In this document: piece after piece, positions 39,474-51,278 of the stretch
How positions within the stretch are numbered: position 1 is the first letter of the stretch
Layout: every line of letters starts with the position of its first letter
Notes under the pieces: model-generated
Seen by the model: the letters and a program-made list of their open reading frames with translations, nothing else
The model's database searches: none
Told to the model about the DNA's origin: nothing
Translations under genes and position numbers: made by a program
Assembly: GCF_963921235.1 (NCBI RefSeq)
Contig: NC_086105.1
Location: 128,960,001-129,024,000 of the forward strand
Direction: 5' to 3'
From: Mobula hypostoma
Taxonomy: Eukaryota
DNA: 64,000 nucleotides

Positions 39474-39796
39474 CTAGATTGTTAAAAATTATACACAAAA
39501 TTGTTACATTGACTGCTTATAATATCTTTATAAAAATAAACAACATCATCTCCTATCACCCAAACACATAAAAATGAGTTCTTTTGCTATCATATTTATT
39601 GATCAAAATGAACTGGAGCTTCAATCCAGGTGAATTACCTTACCAGTACATTGTAAAATGAAGATTAAAAATTAAGGACTGAAAGTCAAAATTTCTAATT
39701 TTAATAGCTAGTGTATTTAACCTTCCAAAACGAATTGCTTCAAATTGCATTGCAAATAAAAACCTGTAATTAAAATTGCATTTATATACTTTGTCA

Positions 39797-40309
39797 CGTC
39801 CTTTTCAGGGCGGTTAGTCCACCTTTGGTCCCCACCTGGCACTTAGCTCTCACCTGTGGCTCCCCGTAGCTGTTTGCATGCGACAGCGGCCACACCCCAG
39901 GCAACAGCTTCGACAAGCCGGCTAAACCAGGTGAGGGTAGCCGACGGGTCTCAAACCCTCAGTGAGATAGGGAGTTGTCTATCCCAGCATGTGAAGACAG
40001 TCTCCGGCGGATTGAGCGGACGAGACCAATGGAAGTTCCAATGGTCAAGAAGGCGGGCTCTGCAAGCGTTGTGGAACGTGTAGAGCAGGACAAGACACAG
40101 AAGATGTCCTGGTCATCCACTGCGCCTAGTCCCATCTCCAGCCGTCTAGACTCTGTCTTGCCACTGGATCCAGATGGGAATTGGGAAGAGAGAGTGAGGC
40201 TGACGCTGCGCATCTCTCCCTCACTTAAATCCAAATCACGCGCTAGTCTCGACACCATCATAATGGTGTCGAGGTCCTCATCGACGTCAACGATGGACGA
40301 ACAAGAAGA
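39797..40309 (+). mobile_element. Non-autonomous non-LTR retroelement (possibly Ingi/Vingi- or RTE-group)
   Basis: 13-nt TSD ATATACTTT(G/A)TCA (39784-39796 / 40310-40322); CpG-rich; structured 5' part; 3' hairpin CTCGACACCAT/ATGGTGTCGAG; (GAA) tail. Clade uncertain. Confidence 0.7.
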
Positions 40310-40475
40310 ATATACTTTATCAAAAATGTCAATGCACAACTTTTTCCGGAGAGGCAGAGAGGGGAAAACAAATGTCAATGCAGAATTACAAAAGAAATCA
40401 GCTTTAAGTATAGGCATTCATTTTTAGTAACGCTGCTTCACAAAGCCCCATTCTCTCCAATTCATTTGCTCCTAC

Positions 40476-40592
40476 CTTGCATTCAGTTTCAACTGGTTTA
40501 ATATATGGTGATCCACGCATGGTTTGTATCTTAATGATGTGATCATCCAGCAATACCTGGATATCATCCACTGAGGACAGAATGCTTACATT
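40476..40592 (-). CDS. DNAH3: DNAH3 exon 13 ([10 protein letters not shown]...VETECK)
   Basis: ttcag| / |gtagg, 117 nt, phase 0->0. Confidence 0.92.
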
Positions 40593-40931
40593 CTGAAAAC
40601 ACAAGAGACTAGGTTACAGCATCTTATCTATAAAGGGCAATTCATAAACTCCAAATTACATCATTCTTCACTAACAGGTTACAGCTATTCACTCTATTAA
40701 CTTTATACCAGTACTTTTCCCCCCAGAGTTTTCCTTTCGCATACTTACGTAGTTCACTCTTGAACAGTGTAACGTAATCTCTCTACACAAGTGCTTCTAA
40801 CAGGCCCTACTCAATGATAAATTGCCTCTCGAGGTTTAGCTTCCCTTTCGGTTCCTTTGCCAATCGTTTTCATTTTATGTCCCTGGTTCTTTACCCTTCC
40901 ACCAAAGGGAGTGGTTTCACTCTGTCTAATC

Positions 40932-41100
40932 TCGGTGGTGGCATCCGTTAGTCTCGCGAGACCATGGATCTGCGCCTGGAAAGTCTTGCTTCAGTCTGTG
41001 TTAGAGCAGCGTCTGTTGTGGTTGTCGAGTCCCACACAGGAGTGACAGTCTCGGCTGCAGCGACTGCGCTTGAAGGCACTGTCCTCCAGTGTTGTCTTGG
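40932..41100 (-). mobile_element. Retroelement 3' tail shared with the 29043 SINE
   Basis: GGCATCCGTTAGTCTCGCGAGACCATGGATCTGCGCCTGGAAAG vs GGCATCCATTAGTCTCACGAGACCATGTATTTGAGCCTTGAAAG. Confidence 0.6.
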
Positions 41101-41421
41101 TGCTGTTTTTCCAACGAGTGCGCTCTATACTAACCCTAACCCTGTCCCCTTTTCTATTTGCTTCTCTCAAGTTATCTCTGTCTTTCTTATTTCCCTTTAA
41201 ACTTTGTGTAATCACCCTGTTCACATTTGTGTTAACAACCTGTTATTCGTCAAACACTCTTCTGCTCTTTTAAAAAAATTATTGCACCCTGTTTTTCACT
41301 GTGAAAGAGACTGGCTAATGCAACACAGTAAATATGCTGCGAAAGAGAGAAAGTACTGGATAGGTGAAACTACTCGGAATCAGGTGTTCAGGGAAATTTT
41401 GTAAAATAAATTTATAGGTTT

Positions 41422-41847
41422 GATCCTCCAAGAGGACCATAATCTGGCCATGGTTTGGAGGCTTGCCTGTCTCAATGACTCGGGCAGCTATGTTGGCTGG
41501 AATCAGGGCTTTATGCTTTGGCTCTTGGTGGGGTCACCCATGCGAAGCAGGTCAAAGGGGAGAGGCCAGACAAAGAGTGGTCCTCCAGTCCTCCAGGTTT
41601 GGGGGCTCAGCTCAGGGCTAATAACCCTGACTGGTAAAACAAAATTGTTACAGAAACAGCAATGAAGAATCCTTCTACATCTGAGTCCGACAGTAATCCT
41701 GAGTCTCCACCTGGGTCTTGTATGACAGACAGTAGTGAAAACCAAGAGGAAGCTACTGACACAAAGAAGGAAGCCCTGAACACCATCAGAGATGGAAGAC
41801 CTTTATTGCTGCCGAAAACGCCACTGGCATAACAGGCCGTAAGTAAG
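41422..41847 (+). mobile_element. RTE-derived bipartite (5' UTR plus 3' tail) non-autonomous element
   Basis: RTE/Expander-like 5' block (CTCAATGAC..GCTATG..CAGGTC..GGCCAGAC) and (GTAA)n tail. Confidence 0.55.
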
Positions 41848-41901
41848 AATGCAGGTGAAGTAAATAATCATCCAAGTTGACTTAGTTCGAAATATACTCA
41901 C

Positions 41902-42016
41902 CGTGTCCCTATACTTGGTAAAGTTGAAGGTGCACTCCACCCATTCTGCTTTCATTTTAGCAAGAGCTTTCTCCAGTGAGTACTCTTTGCTTGCTGCTAC
42001 TCCGATCTCTTCCAAT
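41902..42016 (-). CDS. DNAH3: DNAH3 exon 12 (LEEIGVAASKEYSLEK...KYRDT)
   Basis: tttag| / |gtgagt, 115 nt, phase 2->0. Confidence 0.92.
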
Positions 42017-43135
42017 CTAAACAGACAGGATGGTGGGTCATTTTATTACTTATGTAAATACATACAGAACTTCCAAGTAGCACTTGTTGACTTTCCATTA
42101 CAGTTACTATTTGTACAATTTGCTAAGACAAGCACATACACAAATAAACATCTCATTTTCTGAAACTCTTTTCCTTAAGCCTAATTATCATCAGACAATA
42201 AACTTAATAGATTTGAACACACGATTCCCTAATTTTAAAAAAAAACTTACTCATACAAAAAAATTTAAAACAAAGTTCCTGTTTGGCCTTTAATTAACCT
42301 GATAATCAGACAAGTATTGCCATTGCTAACTGACTGAACAAGCATAACAATGTCCTCCCCACACCAAGGATCGGTCCATGAGCTCTCCCATTTCCCATTT
42401 CTCTGATGGTTCTATCTTGTATCTTTCTGACCGTTTTGCACTTTATCTTGTGATTTTTGGTTTTTAAATATTAATTCCTCCATACTGTCTATTCATTTAA
42501 CTAAAGCAATATTGTTTTGCTATTTTGATAATAACTGGGCATATTAAAAGCTGCATCCAATAACAATATTTTCTGCTTTATTATTAATTATTTTAAAGCT
42601 ATTCATGAAATATTCACATTACATTCATTCAGTTGTTAGTGAGCTGTTATATTCAAGCAATAATGCCTGCTCGAGACAACTTCCACTCCTTAAATTATCC
42701 TTCCTCGTAAAAATATTGAGGTTTTCTTTGAATATCAATGCTTTAAATGAGGGGCACAGGGTTGTGTGCAGAACTGTAATAAAGAGATTTTGGCCCTCTA
42801 GTTCTGGACACTTTTAAATGAAAATTATGCATGATTCCAGACCAATAGCATGGAATACTTTCAAAGCAGTTCTCTTGGCATGCAAAACATTTCCTTAAAA
42901 ATTTATTAACATAGATACACACACACACACACACGCACAAGAAATATATGATCAAATATTATGTATTAATAAAGGGCAAAAATTGAAATGAAAATTCAAT
43001 TGCATTTTCTCCATTCATTACCAATTAATGTGCAGTAGAGCGAATAAATGAAATAGTTACAAATGAATAAACATGTAGAACATAGTGACTATTATCAGAA
43101 TTTCTGCATTCTATACACACAGATTACTGTGCAGT

Positions 43136-43402
43136 GGGGCGGCATGGTAGCGTAGTGGTTAGCACAAAGCTTTACAATACAGGCGACGCAGGTTCAATTC
43201 CCGCTGCTGTCTGTAAGGAGCTGTGACCAGGTGGGTTTCATCTAGATGCTCCCGTTTCCTCCCACAACGCAAAGACGTACCGATTGCTGTTAGCTGGTCA
43301 TTGTAAATTGTCCCACGATCAGGCGAGGGTTAAGTCGGGGGTTGAAGGGCGTCTGGGAGGCCTATTCTGCACTGTATCCCAATCAATCAATAGATAAATA
43401 AA
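43136..43402 (+). mobile_element. tRNA-derived V-SINE (HE1-like)
   Basis: A box TAGCGTAGTGG, B box GGTTCAATTCC, V-domain GTTTCCTCCCAC, A-rich tail. Confidence 0.8.
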
Positions 43403-43721
43403 ATTTGACCAGGAATAATGCTGATGGTGCAGAGCAAATAAATAGTTATGCATTCATCCAGAACATAAAAGAAATGCAAAATAGTTCATTGATGAAGGAT
43501 GTCAGAAATACTGACACAGAGCAGTTACTCTTTATCTGCAAAGAGATCATAGGAAGGTGCTACCACATATTAAGCAGTCAATTAATCTCTGCAGCCCCTT
43601 GGTCTATTCGTGCACAGACTGCTCTCTGTACTGAGTAGGGTGACTGAGTTCTTTTCAGTGAGAAAATGGCTGAACGGAGAAGCTGCTGATGCTGGAAAAA
43701 TTAAGTCTATTAAGTGCTTAC

Positions 43722-43813
43722 TTATCAAGGAACTTTTCAAGTCCAATTTCTAGCATCTCCTGCAAGGTGGTGTCTTTATTGGGTTTCACTTCAAATCCAA
43801 CAACTGCACTGAT
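43722..43813 (-). CDS. DNAH3: DNAH3 exon 11 (ISAVVGFEVKP...EKFLD)
   Basis: cacag| / |gtaag, 92 nt, phase 0->2. Confidence 0.9.
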
Positions 43814-44439
43814 CTGTGGACACCAAATGAAGACAGCACAAGTTATAAGTTGCCAAAATGTGTAATTTAAATGGAAGAAAATATTTCCAGTTTAGTCAAA
43901 ATGTATTCTTTTTAATCTTACAGCAACACCAATCTTAAGGCAGCTGTAACTATTTGCACAAATTTTACACGAAAATGCTGGAAAAACTGATGCTGCAGAG
44001 CTAAAGTTGCTTCTAGTTGCCAACCACACCCCAATGCTGAACATTACATTCCAAGTGGAATCAGACTGTGTAGAGATTTCCCATCACCTCCCACTTGAAT
44101 TGTTTTTGACTGTTTTTTTGGACATCTGAAAGAAATGTGTAGTCTGCAATGGGTCTCCCATACTCTAAAATAAATACTGAATAAAGCACAAATTTATTTA
44201 GTACAAGTTACCCTAAGGCAACTTGCAATTGAGAGCTGACTTGATCCTTAGCGGTGAAAATTCCTTCTATCATGTTATGGGTTCATTCCTGGGGATCGGG
44301 GCCAAAGCAAACTGGAAAGGAAAAGAAATGTTATCTTCTGGATAAATTCTGCCTCCTCAACTCCTCGGGTTTAGATAACTGGCAGCACTGCAAATATTTA
44401 AAACTTCTAAATGTCCAAGGCAATAAAAAAAAAATCCAA

Positions 44440-44659
44440 ACAACAGGAATTCTGCAGATGCTGGAAATTCAAGCAACATACATCAAAGTTGCTGGTGAAC
44501 GCAGCAGGCCAAGCAGCATCTATAGGAAGAGGCGCAGTCGACGTTTCAGGCCGAGACCCTTCGTCACGAAGGGTCTCGGCCTGAAACGTCGACTGTGCCT
44601 CTTCCTATAGATGCTGCTTGGCCTGCTGCGTTCACCAGCAACTTTGATGTATGTTGCTT
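44440..44659. mobile_element. Young Penelope fold-back insertion (94-bp inverted arms, 1-nt spacer)
   Basis: Arms 44471-44564 / 44566-44659 with one mismatch; TSD A9TCCAA (44426-44439 / 44660-44673). Confidence 0.88.
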
Positions 44660-44795
44660 AAAAAAAAATCCAAGTTTCTTTTCTATTCACTTTGCAGTCA
44701 GGCAAGTATTTCCTGAGCATTCCTAATTGGTCTTGAGATGAATGTTGTGAGTCATCTTCTAGAATCACTGAAATCCTTCAAGTCAAGATACTCCT

Positions 44796-45174
44796 TATGA
44801 ATGAAGTCACTGGAGAAAAGTACTGGTAGATACAAAGTAGCTTCTTTATTCGACATAACAAGGTATAGCAGGCTGGCTGGCCCAACATGGGGCTTGATAT
44901 TTTATGTGCCAAACATCGAAGGACAATTCCATATTTACAATGTATGGACAATGAAACTACGTACAACCTTCACAGCTCCCCATTCGCATCCACACCACAG
45001 ACATCCAAATGAATTTTAATCAGCATTGTCCAGTCTGGGATTCACTGCTTTTTGGAACCCACTGTTCAGAGCTGCACTCCAAATTACATCCACAATCCAT
45101 ATTCAGATGTGAAAGCTGCTAGCCAAAGTAAATTGCTAAATGTATATGTCCTAAACCCAAAAATCACTCTAACA
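44796..45174 (-). mobile_element. Probable solo LTR
   Basis: 5-bp TSD CTCCT; minus strand begins TGTTAG, contains AATAAA, ends CATA (mutated CA end); splits a LINE-tail repeat that reads through when it is removed. Confidence 0.65.
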
Positions 45175-46232
45175 CTCCTACTATGCTGTTGGGGAGACCG
45201 CACCAGGGTTTAGACCGAGCAGTGATAAAGGAACAGCAGTATTACTCCCAGTCAGAATGATGCATGGTTTAGAAGGGAACATGCACAATGGTGGTGCTTT
45301 CCTGTGCCTGCGGTCTTTGTCCTTTTTGAAAAGAACTGTCAGAGTAGCCTAAGTGAGTGATAGTAGTGCATGTTGTAGATGGCACACACTTTAATCATGA
45401 TGTAACGCTGATGGACAGAATGAATGATTAGGGGGTGGTAGGTGATATCAACCCAGAAGGCTATGTTACGCTAGATAGCGTTGTTTGTTGCTGCTGCACT
45501 GTTGAAGCAAGAGGTGTCCTCTCACTAAGTTACATTCCTGACAAGACGGTTTTGAGGAGGATCACAGAACATGGGGCACCTATTAATAGCCATCATACTT
45601 ATGTGGTTAGCCCACACCCATGTCATTAGCGGTTCCCAGGATGTTTATAATGGGTCATCAATAAATATTGAAAACTAATTCAGAAAATAAATTAATAAAC
45701 CTTACACTATATAAATAATACCTCATTCATTTACATAACAATCAATCAAGTTTATTAAATTTACTAACACATAATATTTCAGGATGCTTCTAAGCATGTT
45801 GCAAATAGTTCTTGCTGATTCTCCATCATAACTGTGAGAAACAGCCACGTCCTGACGCTTCACAATCCACATTCTGAGGTCCAGAGTTGGAGCACATTTG
45901 GGTCAGCAAGGATAAAACATTAGCCATGATTTTGGACATTGATAGGATAGTGCCAAGGTTGCTCAGACAGTTATGTGGGAAAATGTCAACAGAACTATGC
46001 AAAAACTAGGCCAGTCAGTCTTTGACAGTCCAGATAAATTTGGATAAAGTAAATGTGCCTTAATGACAAATCTTTTACATGAGTGCGTATGCGCACAGAG
46101 AGAAAAGGCTGTGCCATTGTCTTGATCCCTTCACTTACTTCACTTCATTATAGAGGCCGTTCTGTCCTTGCCTTGTTCTCAGTTACCCAGTGTACAGTCC
46201 CTCGATTTTCTATTCATTGACTTTACTTTATA

Positions 46233-46298
46233 CCGGGGTTCCCAACCTGTTTGATGCCATGGACCAATACCATTAAGCAAGGGGTCCATTGGCCCCAA
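46233..46298. mobile_element. hAT-type MITE, one end lost
   Basis: CCGGGGTTCCCAACC..ATGCCATGGACC..CATTAA, same family as 28014. Confidence 0.65.
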
Positions 46299-46404
46299 AT
46301 GATGAAAGCTGAGACAGACCCCAGCTTTGTAATCCCTAAGAAGTAATTGTGTTCTAAAAGAACACCAAGCACTGTTCACTGTTTTATGCGTCATTTAAAA
46401 TTAC

Positions 46405-46616
46405 CTCCTCCCAGTGTCGTTCCTTGATGCCAGGATTGCAAATTGTTGAGATAATAGGTAGGAAAGGTTTAAATTTCTCAATTTTATATTTGGCATTTTC
46501 TGCCACACGTTTAGGTCCAGAGACATCTGCAAATGTTTTTGTCAGTTTGTACATTGTCCTCCACATATTTGAAACTTCATTTGTAACCTCTTCGGCATCT
46601 AGAACTTGAAAAGGTC
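46405..46616 (-). CDS. DNAH3: DNAH3 exon 10 (GPFQVLDAE...CNPGIKERHWEE)
   Basis: gttag| / |gtaat, 212 nt, phase 1->0. Confidence 0.92.
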
Positions 46617-47277
46617 CTAACAAATGAAGAGAATAGAAAAGCAGTCAATACAAGTCATAGTGCACTCTAGGAAAATCTAATAATCATATTCCAATATGTG
46701 ACTAAATACAAGTAAATCTTGTTTTTTTCCCACATTCTCTCCTTCATGGCAACTCCTTGGGCCCCTGGCCTTCCACCGTGCTACCAATGCATTCGGCCAC
46801 TGATCTCACCTACAATGCCCGTCTGGTTCAGGAGGCACACTTCCCAACCATTCGTACAGTCCACTCTCCCCCAAGGATCATCCAAACCCAGCAACTCTTC
46901 CCCAAATTCACCTCCCACCCCCCCACCCCCACACCATCATAGCTTTGGTTTCCAGCCACCCTCCACAAACCACGATGACTCTATATCAGTAGCACACAAA
47001 GGACAGGGCACAATGGATGGTCAACAGCAAGGCTTTCCTGCATTGCTCAGCTTCAGGACTGTGAACGAAACAGTCATTGACACATTTCCTGTGCTGCACA
47101 GAACAACCGGCAACTACAAAAGGAGCGACTGAACAACCAAAAGACCCAGCCACTAACCCCAGCCTCCACTCACTCGTGCCCACAATTGCAGCAGAAGACG
47201 TGGGTCCTGGATCGGCTTCTATGGCCAACTGAGAACCCAACAGACAATCTCTTAGGAAAAGAAAGACACAAACTCAC

Positions 47278-47422
47278 CACTTAGCCATTCTTCTGATTTG
47301 GTGTAAAAGTTATATGCTGTGTTCCACAGTTGTTCATAAGGTTGCTTCTGTCCGACTGTCGCCATTAATTGTGGGAACTGGGTCACTTGATGCCCCAGCA
47401 ACTCCTGTTCTTTATTTATAGC
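47278..47422 (-). CDS. DNAH3: DNAH3 exon 9 (AINKEQELL...KSEEWLS)
   Basis: taaag| / |gtgagt, 145 nt, phase 0->1. Confidence 0.9.
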
Positions 47423-47559
47423 CTTTAAAAGCATAAAATGAGATTCATTATGGAGCTGAGTTAGTTTCAAACTTTCTGACAGGCATACCAATCAGTAGGT
47501 TTTGATCTCTCAATTACATTGGCTTTATAAATGTAACTAAATTTACTTATAGGCACTGG

Positions 47560-48290
47560 TTTATTATTGTCACATTTGATTGTTAGTGCAAATGACATTT
47601 TTCACTGTAGCTTTGATGTACTGTGCTTGATTAATATCTAATCTAAGATACAGTGCAATGTTTCTTTGCATACTTTTTACACAGGTCAGATCATTACACA
47701 GTGCACTGAGTTAGAGAAAGGTAAAACAATAACAATGCAGAATAAAGTGTAAAAGCTACAGAGAAAGTGCAGTGCAGGTAAACAATGATGTGTAAGATTA
47801 CAACAAGGTAGACTGTAAGGCCAAGCGTCCATTTTATCGTACAAGAGGCCCACTTGAGGGTCTGATAACATTGGGATAGAAGCTGTCCTGAGCCTAGTGG
47901 GACGTGCTTTCAGGCTTTTGTACTTTCTGTCCAATGGAAGAGAGGACAAAACAGAATGCACAAGGTGGCTGTGAGTTTGTGCCAGCTGCTTTACTGAGCC
48001 AGTGAGAAACATAGACAGAGTCCACAGAGGGGAGGCTGGTTTCTATGATATGCTGTGCTGCTTCCACAACCACGCAGTTTCTTATGGTTATACGCAGACC
48101 TGTTGCCATTCTAAGCTGTTATGACATCCAGACAGAAGGTTTTCTGCTGTGCATCGATAAAAATTGGTAAGAGCCAACATGGATATGCCAATTTCTTTAA
48201 GCCCCTGAGAAAGTAGACACACTGGTGAGTTTTCTTGGCTGTGACTTCAATGTGGTCGGATGAGGACATGGATATCGGAAAGGCAGGACA
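47560..48290 (-). mobile_element. Decayed Rex-Babar-like LINE 3' fragment
   Basis: AKKTHQCVYFLRGLKK, LPLDRKYKSLKARPTRLR remnants. Confidence 0.7.
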
Positions 48291-49103
48291 ATGCGTCACA
48301 TCCAAGATGATATCAACCTCAATCCTGATAAATGGTGGAGCAGGCCCACTGGGCAAAATGTCCCAGCCTATTCCTATTTCTAATGGTCCCGTGGACAAGA
48401 ATGAAAAATGAATGAAGATGGTAATGGGGACACAAAGGGAAAATTAAAATCTGGGAAAAGTGAAAATTGGGGGAAAAATCATTATCTGAAATTACCAAAG
48501 GAAAACATTGAAAACATCGGAAATCTGAAATAAAAATACCAGAAGAGCTGATTATCCAAAATTATTAAAATGATTGACTCTATAACTCAAATGTGAACCA
48601 CACACTATAATGCACCGAATCAAAAGATGCAATGTTGTACCTGAAGCTAATTTTGAATTTTATTAGGATAAAGTTAGAATTTCAAGGGAACATTGATTGG
48701 AGAAAGATGCATTCTCAAAGTAAATGGCAATTGCAAGCTTTACTAAATAATAAAATGCCAAAGGCAAAATAGAGAAATAATAAAGCCAGGTCAGAACTCC
48801 ACAGATTAACTTTAATTCCTACTGTGATGTTACTTTCACGACAATGTTTGGTGGTATTAATCTTGCATAATTATTCTTCCAGTACTTTAGAAATCCAAGT
48901 CTCTTCTGTGGGATAATTGATTAGGGAGGGAATTATAAATAAATTAGCCCACACTGAAAGGATCTAAACCATAGATTCTGAGCATACGGCTTTGACAGCA
49001 TGTTCCAAGGGCCCTTCACATTGAAGTGGACAAGAAAGCAGGCTCCTGTACCAGGAACACTAACATATTAATTCATAACAAGCCACATCAAAAGGTTACC
49101 AAC

Positions 49104-49257
49104 ATCTAGTTCATTCATTGCAGCAGCCAGGTTATCAGACAGTTCACTGAGCTTTTCCACATTATTCTTCATTTCGTCAGTCGTTATAACTTCCTTTTTC
49201 TTGAAGCTGTCTACTTCTTTGCCATATGCCACAACTTTCTTCTGAAATTCTTTTACT
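49104..49257 (-). CDS. DNAH3: DNAH3 exon 8 (VKEFQK...AMNELD)
   Basis: tttag| / |gttggt, 154 nt, phase 2->0. Confidence 0.87.
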
Positions 49258-50558
49258 CTAAACACAGAACAATATTGCATTAGCGGTAACTACTTTCATC
49301 GTATAAATTATCAGATGAAAATGGAAAAAAAAATAGATATTTTGCTAAACAGGTGATGGGATTTATTGAGCTGTCTTCTGTCCAAGTAACATTACAACTT
49401 TCACCAGCATTTTGTTTTGAGTCAATTTGAGTGGCTGGAAGTATAAAGAAAAATGTCTGTGATTGCAATTCTAATACAATGATTAAATGAATGATGTGCT
49501 AAAAACCACAGGTAAAAGCAAGCTTTCAATTTTAAAATAATCTTCGGGTCATTGATATTACTTACGATCATTGATCAATAAAAACCAACTGGGAAGTGAA
49601 GAAGGTGGTAAAAGCAAAAACATGATTAATAACATCGGCACTAATAACTGACTCTTCAAAACCCATCATTTTTATTATCTACTTAAACTAATGCCAATAT
49701 TTTTTAGAGCACTGCTTAATTTAATTCTCATTTTCTGCTACAACTCTGGCCTTAGAGGTAAGAGCGAGAGGAAAAATTGTGCTGGAAGTTGCAATGTCAG
49801 TTCTCCAACACTGATGAGTTGATAGATTTCAACACAGGAAAAAACTGAAGTCCAAAAGATGAGTACGAAAGGAAATGTGGCACTGGAGTTTATATCAGGA
49901 TCAAGGAGTACTTTGTGCCTCCTCCAAAATTTCCATGCAAAATGTGCAAGGTAATTCCAGCTCAATTCTCTTTGAACAGCACACCTATCTCCGCACAATT
50001 TTCACTATTTTACAAACTAGTGACAAATTAAGCATCTCTACCAAAGGGAATTCACATTTGTGCTGACAGAGCAAGTGTAATGTTCTTAATTATTTTGAAG
50101 TGATTTTTATTTTGTTAATTTTTAAGAACTTTTACAGCTTTGCTTTATGATCACTGAGTGTCAGAATTAGTGGTGAAACCTGAGGATCCTGCATGGCCGA
50201 AGCCACAAAGATGTACGGTACATCCTAGTTCAGTGAGGTTGACAAAATGCTGCAGCAGATGCAAGTGGAAGGCACCACTTGGAATGTTCAGAACTCAGCA
50301 ACGTGTTTTACAAAGGGAAAAGCCAAACAATTCCATGCCAAATCGATATTCACTACACATATAAAGAGTAGATTCAAAAAAACATTCTGGTGAAATCTGA
50401 CCATACAAGATACTCAAGGCCCATTCTGTATATTGACAATTTGTCAATAACCTTCCAAGATTTTATTTAAATTATTCCTGTTATGATACTACCACAAAGC
50501 CTATCAAGGGAACTTTATTTCTGAGATTCAAGAAAGAAAGATTTTTTAAGTTACAAAC

Positions 50559-50682
50559 CGGTTCCTCAGATTATCATCTACATTTTCTCTCTTGCTTAGC
50601 AACCGGTCCCGATGTAAATCAAGCATCGTCATAATCTGTTCTGGCCAGTTGAGGACCTGACTATTCAGCTTCAAATCATCAT
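50559..50682 (-). CDS. DNAH3: DNAH3 exon 7 (DDLKLNSQVLNWP...DNLRN)
   Basis: taaag| / |gtttg, 124 nt, phase 1->2; phases fit both neighbours. Confidence 0.85.
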
Positions 50683-51278
50683 CTTTAACATACAGAGAAA
50701 AGCCAACAGTCAGAAAGGATTATCCATACCACCTAGTTCATTATAAATCACATAACAGCACTTGTATTGCCACAGAATGAAGGATTTCAACATCTCTATT
50801 TTGCTTTTGGAGTGAAGTAACCATTGTGCAGATTAATATGTTGGCATCACGTTCTGCATCTTTAGTCATGGTATTATATTTGAATTAGAAATGAAGGAGA
50901 ACTTTTCATTCTTCAAATACTGAAACATGATCATGAACACCCACTTGTGCAGCCAAGTGAACTTCAATAATTCACAAAGGAACTTACTCAGGCTTACAAT
51001 ATGCAGAGCATTTGGAAAACACATCTATGTAACTGAGCAGAACAAGGATTAAGAAAGGCAATGCAGCCCAATGTAATTTGCTGTAGGTGGGAAGGAGGAA
51101 GAACTTAACTACCTTCTTCCACCCATCTTATCAACACTTTCATCCTAACAATCTTTACTGCCTTTCATCTTTCTTAATTATCTCCACCTTTTCCCAGTTC
51201 TGACGGAATGCCAAACATCAATGTTATTTTGCTCTACAAAGATGTTGTTGAAATTGATGCTTATGGAGTGTTTCAAGA

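Noticed and set aside
39959-40427. Two antiparallel ORFs of about 150 aa
   Set aside because: Lie in a GC-rich TSD-flanked retroelement and cross its boundary; no recognisable domain
43136-43215. tRNA gene (also heads at about 29270-29341 and 54220-54287)
   Set aside because: A/B boxes continue into SINE bodies and tails; no complete cloverleaf
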